Source: Camelus ferus (Eukaryota). Taken from it: a stretch of 64,000 nucleotides of DNA. The notes below the pieces were generated by a model, which saw only the letters and a program-made list of their open reading frames with translations, searched no databases and was not told the origin of the DNA. Each line of letters opens with the position of its first letter. Positions within the stretch are counted from its first letter, which is position 1. The position numbers and the translations under genes were made by a program. Where the stretch lies: NCBI RefSeq assembly GCF_009834535.1, contig NC_045698.1, positions 14,634,001 to 14,698,000 of the forward strand. Reading direction: 5' to 3'. Shown in pieces: positions 51,758 to 64,000 of this stretch.

Positions 51758-51870
51758 TAGAAAAAAGAAGGGAAGGAAGATAGGAAGGAAGAAAGAGAAG
51801 GAAGGAAAAAAGAAGAAAGAGAAGGAAGGAAGAAGAAAGAGAAGAGAGAAAGAAAGAAAAGGAAAGAAAC
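51758..51870. repeat. GA-rich polypurine low-complexity tract
   Basis: About 110 nt of almost only A/G (GGAA/GAAA units). Confidence 0.9.
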
Positions 51871-52314
51871 ATAGTCCAACCTTTAAGAGTTTTATTAAAA
51901 TTAACCACTGGTCTTTACTTATGGAACCAAGTAGCCCAGATATTTTTTAACCTTATGCCATATCCTATAGGCCTTTAATCATTGCACATTGTGCTGCTTT
52001 ACCTTTGATTGCTAATAATATATTAATAAAACCTGAACAGCAAATTATTTATCATCAATGGCTAACTTCTGAGCTCTTTGTATAAGTTTACTGTACAATT
52101 TTTTTTAAACTTTTGTTTTGTTCTTAAGTTTGTGCTTCATTCTGATTGTAGCTCACCTTTGATAATCAGAACTTCCTGACAGCAATAGCGTTTTCTCACT
52201 GTATGCTTTTCACTTGCAGGCAAAATTGTTTAAAATATACTGTCAAAAATACATGGATGAAGAAAATAATCTTCAATAACCACCACTTGGAGAAATTACT
52301 AATTCTTGACAGAG

Positions 52315-53303
52315 ATACAGGTAGCTCATACAACTTAATAACAGAAAAACAAACAACTCAATCCAAAAATGGGCAGAAGACCTAAACAAGCAATTCTCCA
52401 GTGAAGATATACAAATGGCCAATAGGCACATGAAAAAATGCTCAATATCATCAATTATCAGAGAAATGCAAATCAAAACTACAATGAGGTATCACCTCAC
52501 ACCAGTCAGAAAGGCCATCATTCAAAAGTCCACAAATGACAAATGCTGAAGAGGGCACGGAGAAAAGGGAACCCTCCTACGCTGTTGGTGGGAATGTAGT
52601 TTGGTGCAGCCATTATGGAAAACAGTAAGGAGAATTCTCAAAAGACTAAAAATAGGCTTACCACATGATCCAACAATCCCACTCATGGGCATATAGTTAG
52701 AGGGAACTCTTAATTCAAAAAAATACATGCACCTCAATGTTCATAGCAGCATTATTTACAGTAGCCAAGACATGGAAATAACCTAAATGTCCATCAACAT
52801 ACGACTGGATAAAGAAGCTGTGGTATATTCATACAAATACTACTCAGCCATAAAAAAAAAAAAAAAGAATAGAATTTGCCATTTGCAGCAACATGGATCG
52901 ACCTGGAGATCATCATACTAAGTGAAGTAAGCCAGAAAGAGAAAGAAAAATACCATATGATATCACATATATGTGGAATCTAAAAAACAAGACACAAATG
53001 CACTTATTTACAAAACAGAAACAAACTCACAAACATAGAAAACAAAATTCGGGTTACCAGAGTGGAAAGAGGGTAAGAAAGGATAAATTGGGAGTTCAAG
53101 ATTTGCAGATACTAACTACTATATATAAAATAGATAAACAATAAGGTCCTACTCTATAGCATAAGGAACTATATTCAATGTCTTGTAGTAACCAACAAAA
53201 GAAAAAGAATATGAAAAGGAATATATGTATGTATATGTATGACTGAAACATGCTGTACACCAAAAATTGACACATTATAAACTGACTGTACTTCAATTAA
53301 AAA
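52315..53303 (+). mobile_element. 5'-truncated L1 (ORF2 cysteine-rich C-terminus plus 3'UTR)
   Basis: Translates [11 protein letters not shown]...HMKKCS...[16 protein letters not shown]...[18 protein letters not shown]...QPLWKTV...[11 protein letters not shown]; the 3'UTR ends 'gactgtacttcaattaaaaa'. Confidence 0.95.
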
Positions 53304-53549
53304 AGATCATTTGTGGTGTGGGTGACATTTTAGAAATTTTGGGAGAAATCCTATCCATGTGTACATTGGGCTATAAATGTAGATTGACATGGTATTTTGA
53401 TAGATCTTTTGTTAAGGAAAAAAATTTATTTTCTGACTTAAAAAGAAAGATAAATGTTTTGAAAATTTAGCATTTAATCATACCCAAAATGTAAAATTAC
53501 ATTGAAACAGAGGGGGAAGAAATTTTAAAAAGAAAAAAAAATGTACCAG

Positions 53550-53986
53550 AGAGAAACCATTTCAGAATTCAGTTCCTCATGGTGGGAGGACTGAGGTTAT
53601 GACGCGCTTGCTTCCTGCCAGCTGAGGATTGTTTTTAGCTGTTAGAGGCCATCTTCATCCCTTGACTCACTGGACACACATGACCCCCTTGCTTCATCCT
53701 CAAAGCCATCAATGGCAGGTCAAAGCCCTCATGCTTCCCATCTCTCCTCCTCCTTCCTCTGCTGCCATGTGTCTCTGACTGTTCTGTCTTCCTCTTCCAC
53801 TGTAAGGAACCATGAGATTCCATCTAGCCCACCTGTATAATCCAAGATAATCCCCCTATTTTAAAGTCTGTAATCTAGATTCCATCTGTTAAGCCCCTTT
53901 GGCCATGTAACAGAATCAATACCTAGGGAGGGGAGATTACATTTGTAGGGAATGGGGCAAAAGGGGACGTTATTCTGCCTACCATA
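53550..53986 (-). mobile_element. MLT1E2-like MaLR LTR
   Basis: 'agaattcagttcctcatgg...ggactgagg...cccacctgtataatccaagataatcccc...ttattctgcctaccata'. Confidence 0.8.
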
Positions 53987-53999
53987 TAAAGCCCTTCTG

Positions 54000-54475
54000 A
54001 GGAGTCACCCCTGTTCCCGTGTGACTGAGGTCCCTCTCTTCTCATCACTGGGATTATAAACTATTCTGAGCTGTGGGAAACACTTTGCCTCCTGATTTCT
54101 AATGATTTTACCCTTCAGTCATTTTCTCTTAGATCAAAGTCCATGTTTTTGGAGGTCTTCATGCAGTATTTCCTTCCATAAATCTGTTCCATAGTTTCTG
54201 GCCATCTTAACCTCTCCAAACTCTAACCGCTGTCTCCTTAGTTCAGCCAGGTGACCAGGCTGCATTTTGCTTTCAACTTCCTACAGTGTTGACGTACTGG
54301 GAAATAGCTCACCTCATTTGCTTCCCTTTCCTCAGGGACCATAGTTCTTTGATCTTTATGGTGCAATGTCTAAAATAATTGTTTCCTATGTTTTGTCTAA
54401 TTTCCTAGTTTAAATATTATACTGCATGAGGATAAAATTTGTAGCTGTTAATCTTTATGAGCAGAAAAGGATGTC
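54000..54475 (-). mobile_element. Old L1 (L1M4-like) 5' end
   Basis: 'gctcacctcatttgcttccctttcctcagggaccatagtt...caatgtctaaaataattgtttcctatgttttgtctaattt' resembles an antisense ancient L1 5'UTR. Confidence 0.6.
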
Positions 54476-57400
54476 CTTCAATACATGTTGACTGAAGAAA
54501 ATTTTCCTACTGCAATTTTTATACTATGTTTTTTATAGTGTAAAACTTGGCTGATAGTTTCAGAACTTAACTTATATTAGTCTGAATTTTTTACTGATTA
54601 TAAAATCTAAAGAACTGAGGAGTAGTTTGGGTTTAGCAGGAAAAGAGATGCTTAGGCAAAAATAGCTCCCAGTTTAAATGGCATTTACTCGTTCCATAAA
54701 AATACGTGGTGAGGCTGACAATACTGAGTATATAAAGACCTGTAATACTAGTGAGAAAAAATAAACACCCCTCCCCAGTTTTGAATAAAGGAAATATTTG
54801 CTCAAAATTTGGATTTGCACAGTAAGTGTTTGGGTTTTAAACTTATATATTTGTAGCTTAGAAAATTCTTTGTAATTGAAACTGTTTCAGGAAAACTATA
54901 TATTATGAGTTTGAAGTGACCTAGCACCTAATTCCTAGATGGCCAATTTTCTTTTGCAGTGAAACATTTTCATTAATAAGAAGATTTTTGATAACACATG
55001 CTTTTTCAAGAGACCTTCTATTCTTTTGCAGGTTAAAAGGCTCTATTTCAAAGAGGACAGACCTGTCCTGTAAAATGGGCACAGTTCATTTTTAGATGGA
55101 TTATGGATTGGCAGCTATCAATAATCTTGAAGGAGGATGTAATTCAGCACTAATTTGTACATTTTTTCTAAGCAGTGAAGCATGGCAGGATTGTCACAGA
55201 TATTAGTCATTACTGGGAGAATAAAGCTAGCTACCAATTTATTGCAGAGAGATGTTTTTGTCTGTATTGTTCACAAAGAGACTGTCTCACTCCGAATACA
55301 GTATTTCTCAGTGCTGCTTATGTATTAGAAACACCTGCAAATCTTAAAGAACTACTGATATCTAATATAATCTAATCAGAACAAAAAATGGGAATAAACA
55401 AATATAAACTTTCTGCATGATACTAACATATGCCCAGTGTTATAAACCACTCTTTGAGTGAAAGGGACTTAGAGTTAAGCAAATAAGCAAGGAAATCATT
55501 ATCTTAAATATCTATGTAAGTCTGATTTATCCACACATAGCTGAAGCCTCTTCATAAATCTTGTCACTTTGTTTAAAGAATCAATTGATTTTTTTGCTGA
55601 GATCATGAACATTGTTCTGAACTTTTTTGCTCCTATCTTTTTATAATTTAATAAAATAATATAAATCTGACTTCCTTTTTAACAGGCATCTTTTTATTAT
55701 AGTATACATGATTTCCTTTTCATTACAAGACAATAAAATTTAAGAAGTTTTTATATTTATAACATTTTATATTTATAACATTTAAAGAATGTTATACTAT
55801 TCCTGGATATGACATTGCCTGTGTTTCTTAAGTTTTAATTTCAATGAGGAAAAAGGAAAAAAATCTAATCACAAAAAAAAATCACCAGAAGTTAACTTAT
55901 GTTTTTAACTGTAAAATATTTGTCAAATTTTTCACTTTCTTTCCTGTCTCTTAAAAAAGCTCAAACTGTTGGCAGTCGAATCCTTCTCAGAAAGAACCCC
56001 ATGCCACCCGCTCTCTGCCTCCCTTCATATTTCACTGCTGCCAGCAAAATCCTCCTATCCACTTATTCAATATTTCATGAACATATTCGTTGTTCCCTCA
56101 AGAGTTTGGAATTCAGTGAATAACAATGAGGAAACAGCTAAAAGGAAACAGCAAGAGAAGTGTTTTGGCCAGAATCAACCTTCCTAAAGTTTCTGATGGT
56201 GTAGGCATGACTGGCACCTGCGAATTGATGCTGGAAGCAGCAGGAAGTGATCATAATGCGGGTTCCAGGAGGAGCTTGGTAAAACCTAGATAGCCTAGGA
56301 CCCTGCAAGTTATTACAGTAGGAACACGTTTCAGACTTTCTACTCAGAGGAAGCTGACAAGGCAGAACACACAAAGTGGTCCAAGAATCACTTGGATTGT
56401 TATAACTTAACAAACTAGTGGCTTCAAACAAATATAGTAGTTTTGATTGTTGAGACTATTGAAGATATTGAGAAGGGAGGGGCATGACGATGCAGGAGCT
56501 TTCTTCTGCATAAAAACAGCCAGTTGGAGCCACGGGTGGTCTAAATGCCTCTGAATCTATAAGTAACAGGCTGTAAATTGGGGAGAGCTGCTGGCCTCTC
56601 CACTCTGAAGAACCACACTCTCAGTGGGAGGTTGGGCTTGCCATCCCCTCGACCCCTGCCTTCATTGCCCTGCCACCGGTCCCTGTCAGAACTGCTCTGC
56701 ATCAGGCTTTAGCCCAACTCCTAGATTTCTTTCTCTCACATAGTCCTATAGTAGACAATACAATATTGATAATCTATATGTATTGTTTTGTTTGAAAGTG
56801 CCTAATTTCTTCACATATTTCATGTTATAGCTGCAAATGCTCGGAAGAGAACAATGATGTTACGTTCCATTTTCCATCTCGCCACCTACCACACTGCACT
56901 AGAACATATCGGTGGTTTCCTGTGGATCACAGATCTAATGAGCCACATGCCGCCCTACGTTGCAGCCTTGACCTCGGTGTTCTACCACTCACGGAGCATC
57001 CAAACTCCATCTTCACCCACGGATCCAGCCATGCACCGTCTCACTCATCAATGTGGATGCTATAGATATGACCAACTTTTGAATTTCCAATAAATTAAAA
57101 TGTATCTTGGGAATGAATGAATGGGAATGAATGAGCCTGATCTTGGTCAGTGAAGGGAGGAAAGTTAAACATGGAGTAAATTTAAACAGTGTGCCCACTC
57201 CAACCATAGTTACCTTTCTCTCTGACAGAGGTTTAAAATAGAATTGAAAGAATATTTCACACTCAACAACTCCAGTATTTCACAAGAGGCTAGTAACTGT
57301 CCAGTAACTAGCCCAGTTAGTTATCAGGTGCTAATGTTTTCTTTAGTGTACCTAGCCTTTTGAATACCTTTTTCTGATTTGTTTTAGAGTGTGTTTGCAT

Positions 57401-60167
57401 GTGTGTATAGGTATTTATATCTGAATAATAGTGAATACACATATATAATTCTACCAGCTACTAGTAACTATTTCATTAAAAATTATAATAATATCCATAG
57501 ATAAATATGGAATCAAGCCCTTATAGCAAGTAGGAATATTGAAAAATGTTCTATTCTGCAATCGATGTTTGCTTTTCATTTTCATTACTCAGCCCATAGT
57601 AGCTCCATTTCTGAGATCAGGTGGTAGTATGCAGAGATCTTTCCCACCATTTACCTTAGCCTAGTTTGAACTGCAAGGCCCTGCGGAATGATCCTTTGGA
57701 TTATATTTACAACCAAGTCTATGATATTTTGAACAGTTTAGGAATTATACCATCAAAGTATTCAGACTCTGAAATTTCTCAATTTAACTTTTCACTTAAA
57801 CTCTGAGCATTACTTCTCCCTTGGGATAAGAAGTGATGATTCACATACATCATTCAGTCATCCTTGGTCTCAGTCTATAGTTCTCTTTATAACTAGGAAA
57901 TTTGGGGATAAAGTAATAGCGAATTAAGTAATACATTATTTGTTTCCAAAAATGTATGCATTTGTATTAAATTGGAACAGAATATGTATGATCACAACAT
58001 ATAATGGATATAGAATAGAGGTGTATTTTCATAAATAGATTATCAATTCTTATAATGATGTTAGTTTCCCTTTAAAAACGGAATTTTTTAACCATGGAAA
58101 GCACTGAAATCTATTAATTAGTTACTTTACATATAATGAAACTGTATTGTGCTATACAAATTAGCAGTGTTTTGACACATTTTAAAATACTTGACAAAAT
58201 ATGTGTTCCTATAAATCATAATTTTATAAAAACAAACTATAAAGGGGAACTAAAAGAAATAGAAAACATACTGATGCAATATGGAGGGTTAAGCTCTTAG
58301 GGTGTAAAAGATATTAGAGCTATAAATCATGAAAAATCAAATGCCTTATAATTCGAATACTGAGCATCTAGAATTAGAGTGGCACCAGAGCCAAAAGGCA
58401 AAATGAAAACAAGACCAAATACTCTTTTCAATGTATGGAAAAAACTTCAGAGAAAAAATAATCTTTTTGAAGAATGAAGTATACTAGAAAATTTGTCCAA
58501 AGTTTCTCCTTTTGTGAAATATTTACAGTCTTCTGTGGCATCAAAATGGGGCTACATTTTGCTACAGCAACTTAAAGTTGTGGTATCCTAGCCTTCACAC
58601 CCCATATACTTCATAAATATGAATTAATATTTAGTGAAAATCTATTTAGGGGATTTGGAAAAGTTTAGGAGCAGACTTATTTTACATTTATATTTCCCCA
58701 TAGAGCATAGAAATTAATCTTCTCTTTTGTGTTTGAGAAAATTTAATTTGAGGACCATTCTCTTTTGTAATAGAAAATACATCATTTCTTTGGACAGAGA
58801 AACTCACAGACTTATGACTTGACTTGTCAACAGAAAAAGAGAAGTGCAGAGACATTGACGGACTAAATGCCCCCATTTCCCTAAAATATGGAACATTCAG
58901 TGGGAGTGTAAGAAATGGGCAGGCACTCAAAATCTGCAAATTCACAAAACAGAATGATCTAAAATGAGAATGAGAGGAGGTGCAGGGAGTGAGAGCTGGT
59001 TTTAAAACTACCCCTAATTAAATTGATCAGAGCCAGTTGTCCAGTGCAATCATCATGTGGATAAGCTGGATGCTTTAAAGGAAAATGTTCTTTCATCTCC
59101 TGATTTTAATTTATTTTTCTTCACAATAGACTCTAATGCATAACCTCATATGTCCATGTTAATACTTTAATTATATAATTGGAGTGGGGTTTTTTTGTTT
59201 TGTTTCATTTTTGCTGGGAGGACACATGGCAGAACGAGGGAATATCAAGCTACTAAGTAGCTTGACCTTTGGGTCTTGTCTGGCTTTGTGGCTGAAAGCA
59301 TATGTGGCTCTAGCAGCATGTCATGCAGAATAATGACAGAATAATCACCAGGGCATGAAACCACAACCTGTAGGGAGTTAATCATGACCATTAATCTCTG
59401 CCACATTCTTCTGCATTTTGAGGATAGGAGCAGTGACAGAAAAAGATTTCATGTTGTTTATTGAATATAAATGAATACAAATCAACTGCTCAGCTTCTTG
59501 AGAGAAGTGAAGAAGGAAACAGTATTAGATGTTAACTAATCTGAAATTGCATATTGTGTGAAATTGAGAATCACTTCTGTTGGGAGACATTTGATCTTTG
59601 CACTGTAACGGTCTCATCCTAGGACTTAAGAGTTTGTATATCTACATGGCCAAGATCATACCATCAAAATTCTCAGGGACAAAAAAAAATCTGAAAAAAG
59701 TTTAGGGAAAATAAACTTTCCTGATACCTATCCTCATTTGAAATAAATTATAGTCATGAAACTAAAGAAAAATTAATTTATCTTTTTGAACCTCTATACT
59801 GCCTTTGTAGGACTGCCTCACATGAGATTACCACCTATACAGAATTAATGTTAATTTGCAGCTTCTAAACTGCCAGTGATAATATTTCTTGCGAAGAGTC
59901 CAAAGAGCTTTGTAGACTGAAACCAGGAATCATAAGACCTTATATAACAATATGTTTTTCATAATAAAGCAATGAGAGATTTGTTCTGATATTTGAAGGT
60001 AACGGAAGTTGATGGTTAGGGCTATCGAACATTAGAGAAAGAGGTAGACGTACATTAAAAAAAAATCTTGGCAAAGGGTTCGATTCTGTTGGTGTCTAAT
60101 TAAAGATCTGTGTGAGGTACAATAGTTCTTAAAAAATATGTAATAAGCATTACTCTTCACCACCACC

Positions 60168-60169
<2 letters not shown>

Positions 60170-60198
<29 letters not shown>

Positions 60199-60199
60199 A
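60170..60199. repeat. (CA)n(CG)n(CA)n microsatellite
   Basis: cacacacacacgcgcgcacacacacaca seen directly. Confidence 0.9.
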
Positions 60200-60214
60200 A
60201 CAATGAACACAGTG

Positions 60215-60360
60215 AGGAAGCAATTTGTTATGGAAGTAGTTTAGCTTGAAGATTTCCTAATTGGAGACCTAATAACTTATGTGAACTCAGACAAGACTTA
60301 ACCTATCTAAGCTTCAGTTGCCTCATCTCAAATGTGAAAGTACTGAATCAGCTATTTTAA
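60215..60360 (+). mobile_element. MIR SINE
   Basis: 'tatgtgaactcagacaagacttaacctatctaagcttcagttgcctcatctcaaatg' is MIR core. Confidence 0.7.
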
Positions 60361-62859
60361 TGGATAAGCTGTCAAAACACTTGTTTAATAAAACTAACAA
60401 ACTGCTTCAATGTTTAATATCCTAAATTTTAACGTCTGAACTATTTAGTTTAATGTATATTTCTACGCCAAAATAGTATGAACAAATCCATCCTGATCCA
60501 CTAACGCTTTAGTATTGTCCTGCACTGTTCTGAATGTATTAGGTGGTAGATATACCAGAGAGTTTATCAATAGTTTAATGGTAACCTGGGAAAATATATA
60601 GACTTGTGTTTCTTAAAAGTGCACACATTTAAGCCTCATTGCATCTACTGTTTTCCCCTAACCTGCAATTAAGTTAATCACATTAAATCTATCACATATA
60701 CTCATTAAATTAAAAGAAAAATTCAGTTGCAAAAACAGAAAAAATGTAGAATAATCCTGAAAAACTTGGGAATCAATTTTATGTCAACACAAACCAAAGG
60801 GCCAGTGTAATAATAATAATACTCCTCCTCTTCTTCATCATAGCTACTTACTGTTGAACACCAGGCACCAGGCCCAGTTTTAAGAGATGTATATCATGCT
60901 GTATATGGTATCATGAAATTCTGTATTAGTCCAACAATTCTGATATAACTATATTTTCAAATAATAATCAATCTCTATCAAGTTGAATATTTGGGATTAT
61001 GGAAACACTAATTATTAAAATAATTTTATAGAAAAGTATGACTCAGGCTGATATGAGAAAAATCAGTTTAAAACTACTAAGAAAAGAAAAAATAATCTTA
61101 TGCCATGTATAAAATTTTTGAGGGACTGCAAAAATAGGGGGAAAAATCTGTAAGTGCGTTACAGCTGTGCTCAACCTGACATACTGAGCACACCTAAATG
61201 TAGCACAGTGTCAGTTATCAACTGTGAATGTTTAGGATCACCAGTAAAAATCAACTCCAGAGTGACTAGCAGAAACTAAACCATTAAATCATTCAGCAAA
61301 ACTTTAGAGCTATATAGCATCTGAGCATAATTTCAATATCAGAGCTGACAACCTTGGTCAAAAACATACCAATAAAGTGATTAATGGTGGAAAATATGGC
61401 ACTTGACTGTCCAAGTATATTGCTCATCAGAAGACCCTCATAAAAGCTTCTAATTATTAAAACATGAGTGGTGACAGAGTGAGCTCTGTTCTTACATTCT
61501 TGATTCCAAATAAGAGCCATTTGGAGAGGGGCTTTTGTGTTATTTGGTGCATGACACATACTAGTCTCCGTACTGGATTAAATGCTATCCTCCCGAAAGG
61601 AGTTCAGAATCAGGAATGAAAGTCTATTTGAGGTCAGAATAGGAAGGAAATTTATAAATAAGACAGTGAAGGTTTCAACAGTACTATCAAAGAACCCAAT
61701 ACAGTTTCTGGAGCCTCGAGTTTCCTTTGCGCTGAAAAGAGCTTTGAACTTCCCCATGACGTGCCCCACCTACCAAGAAATTTTTTTTTTTTTTCCTGTG
61801 TGTTCAAACACTGTTACATTGGTTTCACATTAAACACTTGAGACATTAAATTTTATCATTCAAACTATTAAAGTCCTCCTGGTAAAATAGGTTAACAGGT
61901 GAAATAAAATGACAGATAAATGACAAGATAAATACCAATCTTTGAATAAATCTATTCATAGCTTTGCCTTTTATACAACGAAGCTGTACTTACAAAAAAT
62001 ACAAAAAAACATTTTTTAACAATTAAATGTCTACATATAATAGTAATTAAAAATATAATTAGGATCAAGCAAATATGGACACGTCTGTGCCAGTGAGGGT
62101 GACTGGTAGATCTTGCTCTTTGTATCTCACGTTAGTCAAGCAAACAAAACAAAACAAACAAAACAAAAAAGTGCTCTTGGAATGTGAACTTTTTCTTTTC
62201 TCTGTAAATACTCTAGGAACATACAACATGCCTTTCTTTTCTTTCAAATGTCTATGAAATGAGTTCTTAAATTTTTTTCAGTAAATACACATTAATACTT
62301 CATTCTCAACTATCAAGATCAAACATGTGCAAGGCTTTTCAGTTCACAGGTAATTAGGTTTATTGCTGAACCCATTTCCCTCTTTGCCCTGCCAGATTTG
62401 ATTGCGGCCAAACATATTACAGATGGAGAGAAGCTAATTCAAAGAGGCATTTACAAATTGGAGAAGTGCTCACAAGCACACAGCACAGTTGGGAAAGATC
62501 GTATGTGGTTAGGTTAAAAAAGGAAGCTAGAACTCATATGCAGAATAAGTTGTGAGCGGAAAAAAATGGCATTATAGTAAACATGATAGAGGTTGCCATC
62601 AGCCTTTCCAACCAAGCATGCTGAGGAAACACTTTGTTTTTAACTCTCCCTCTTCCTCCAAGTAGAAAACCCACTTGGCCAGCACTGGGGACTTGAAATT
62701 GATAAACTACTGGAAGAAAAGGATCAGTCCTTGGTGACGGGGTTTTCTGACACCACTTGCCTTTGTTTGATGGGGGCAGGGTTTCTGGTATTCCAATAAA
62801 TTCTATCCAACAAAAGACAGAGATGAGGCTGATGAAAGATAAGAAAACAAACCAAAAAC

Positions 62860-63044
62860 AGCTCTCTTCTCTTCCTGACCACATGACCTCCTGCAAGCCA
62901 GGAGGCAGGTCCTCATCAGGAACCAAATCCTCTGGCACCTTGTCTTGGACTTTCCAGTCTCCAAAAGTCTGAGAAATAAATGTCTGTGATTTAAGCTAAC
63001 CCCTCCATGGTATTTTGTGTGGCAGCCTGAGCTGACTAGAGACA
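62860..63044 (+). mobile_element. MLT1A-like MaLR LTR 3' half
   Basis: 'tgcaagccaggaggcaggtcctcatcaggaaccaaatc...cttggactttccagtctcca...gagaaataaatgtctg...gcagcctgagctgactagagaca'. Confidence 0.85.
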
Positions 63045-63049
63045 CGCTT

Positions 63050-63195
63050 AACCACCCATTCACTCCACAAATATTTCCTGAGTTCCTAGTGTGCACTGAA
63101 TGCTGTTCTAGTGCTCAGGGGACAGCTGTGAAGAAATCAGAGACCCTGCCCTCATGGAACCACCACTGGCGGGGAGAGACAAACAGACAAATGAC
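63050..63195 (-). mobile_element. L2 3' end
   Basis: 'cattcactccacaaatatttcctgagttcctagtgtg...tgttctagtgctcaggggacagctgtgaa...ccctgccctcatggaac'. Confidence 0.8.
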
Positions 63196-63386
63196 CAATA
63201 TCATGTCCTTTGCCAATGTATCCAAAGTTGTGGTGGGACTAAATGAACTAGTACATGTTAAGTATTTGACACATGACAAGCGTTCACTAAATGCTAGCTA
63301 CTATCTCATAATTCCCTCTTCTGACAGCTCTTCTTTGGCTCATGGCACTGTTACTCTCTCACTGCACAAATCTGATACTTGGGGAC

Positions 63387-63830
63387 TGTGGCAGGTAGGC
63401 TAATGGCCCCTCAAAGATGGGTACATCCTAACCCCCAGAACTAGTGAGCATATCAGGTCACATGGCAAGCGGGAATTAAGGTTGCCCATGGAATTAAGAT
63501 TTCTAATCAGATGACTTTGATATGGAAGATTATTCTGGATTATCTGGGTGGGCCCAGTGTAATCACATGGGTCCTTAGAAGTGGAGGAGGGAGGCAGCAA
63601 AGACCCAGAAAGATGGCAGCACACGAAGGATTTAGCCCAAGATTCTGGTGTTGAAGATGGAAGGGGACCATTAACCAATGAATCAGGCAGTCTCTAGAAG
63701 ATGAAAAAGGAAAGGTGACAAATGCTCTAGAACCTCCAAGATGAATGCAGCCCTGATGACACCTTGATTTTAGCCCAGTGAAACCCGTTTCAGACTTCAG
63801 ACTTCTGAAACGATAAAATAATAAGTGTGC
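63387..63830 (+). mobile_element. MLT1D MaLR LTR (3' terminus truncated)
   Basis: 'tgtggcaggtaggctaatggcccctcaaagatg...gattattctggattatctgggtgggcccagtgtaatcaca...gcagccctgatgacaccttgattttagcccagtga'. Confidence 0.9.
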
Positions 63831-63900
63831 ATCACTCAGGAAGCAAGGAGGGGGTGATGTGGTGCACTTGAGGCAGAAAGAATAATTTGTGCGAAGGTCC

Positions 63901-64000
63901 TGTGTTCACCAGCCTCCAAGATGGCCCCCAAATGCTCCCTAACTCATACTCTTCACAGCCTTGTGCAGTCCCTTCCCACACTGAATAGGGCTGACTTATG
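63901..64000 (+). mobile_element. MLT1F-like MaLR LTR start (runs off the window)
   Basis: 'cagcctccaagatggcccccaaatg...ccttgtgcagtcccttcccacactgaatagggctg'. Confidence 0.8.

Noticed and set aside
55012..55100. Acceptor-like 'ttctattcttttgcag|G'
   Set aside because: All three frames stop within ~65 nt and there is no good donor before the stops.
60077..60086. tRNA B-box-like GGTTCGATTC
   Set aside because: No A-box at a suitable spacing, no cloverleaf and no SINE body.
284..63678. All ORFs in the six-frame track as genes
   Set aside because: Short (60-156 aa), often with non-ATG starts and compositionally biased. Those with recognisable similarity lie in decayed L1/L2/LTR sequence (e.g. 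9556-9930, 31856-32146, 52273-52737, 11505-11837).
1..64000. CRISPR arrays, operons or other prokaryotic systems
   Set aside because: The sequence is mammalian, with no regularly spaced repeats or gene-dense ORF structure.

Overview
Eukaryotic (placental mammal) genomic DNA: AT-rich, CpG-depleted and apparently intergenic or deep-intronic. I found no credible protein-coding gene, RNA gene or CRISPR array. The ORFs in the track are chance ORFs or decayed LINE reading frames. The window is a layered record of transposon insertions. The old layer comprises MIR, L2 (one long copy keeping endonuclease and RT motifs), L1M-type LINEs, MaLR (MLT1) and ERV solo LTRs, and DNA transposons (MER2, MER102). 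On top are younger artiodactyl-type L1 3' ends with recognisable target-site duplications (TSDs). The L1 tails, together with no visible ruminant, pig, cetacean, carnivore or primate SINEs, suggest a camelid genome (inference). The best-supported observations concern retrotransposition mechanics: a ~115-bp twin-primed (5'-inverted) L1, an internally deleted L1, a ~60-bp L1 tail, a microsatellite grown inside a TSD, and nested insertions. Several repeat-poor blocks may be regulatory. I see no evidence of a novel biological system. Repeat subfamily names come from recalled consensus sequences, not a database search.
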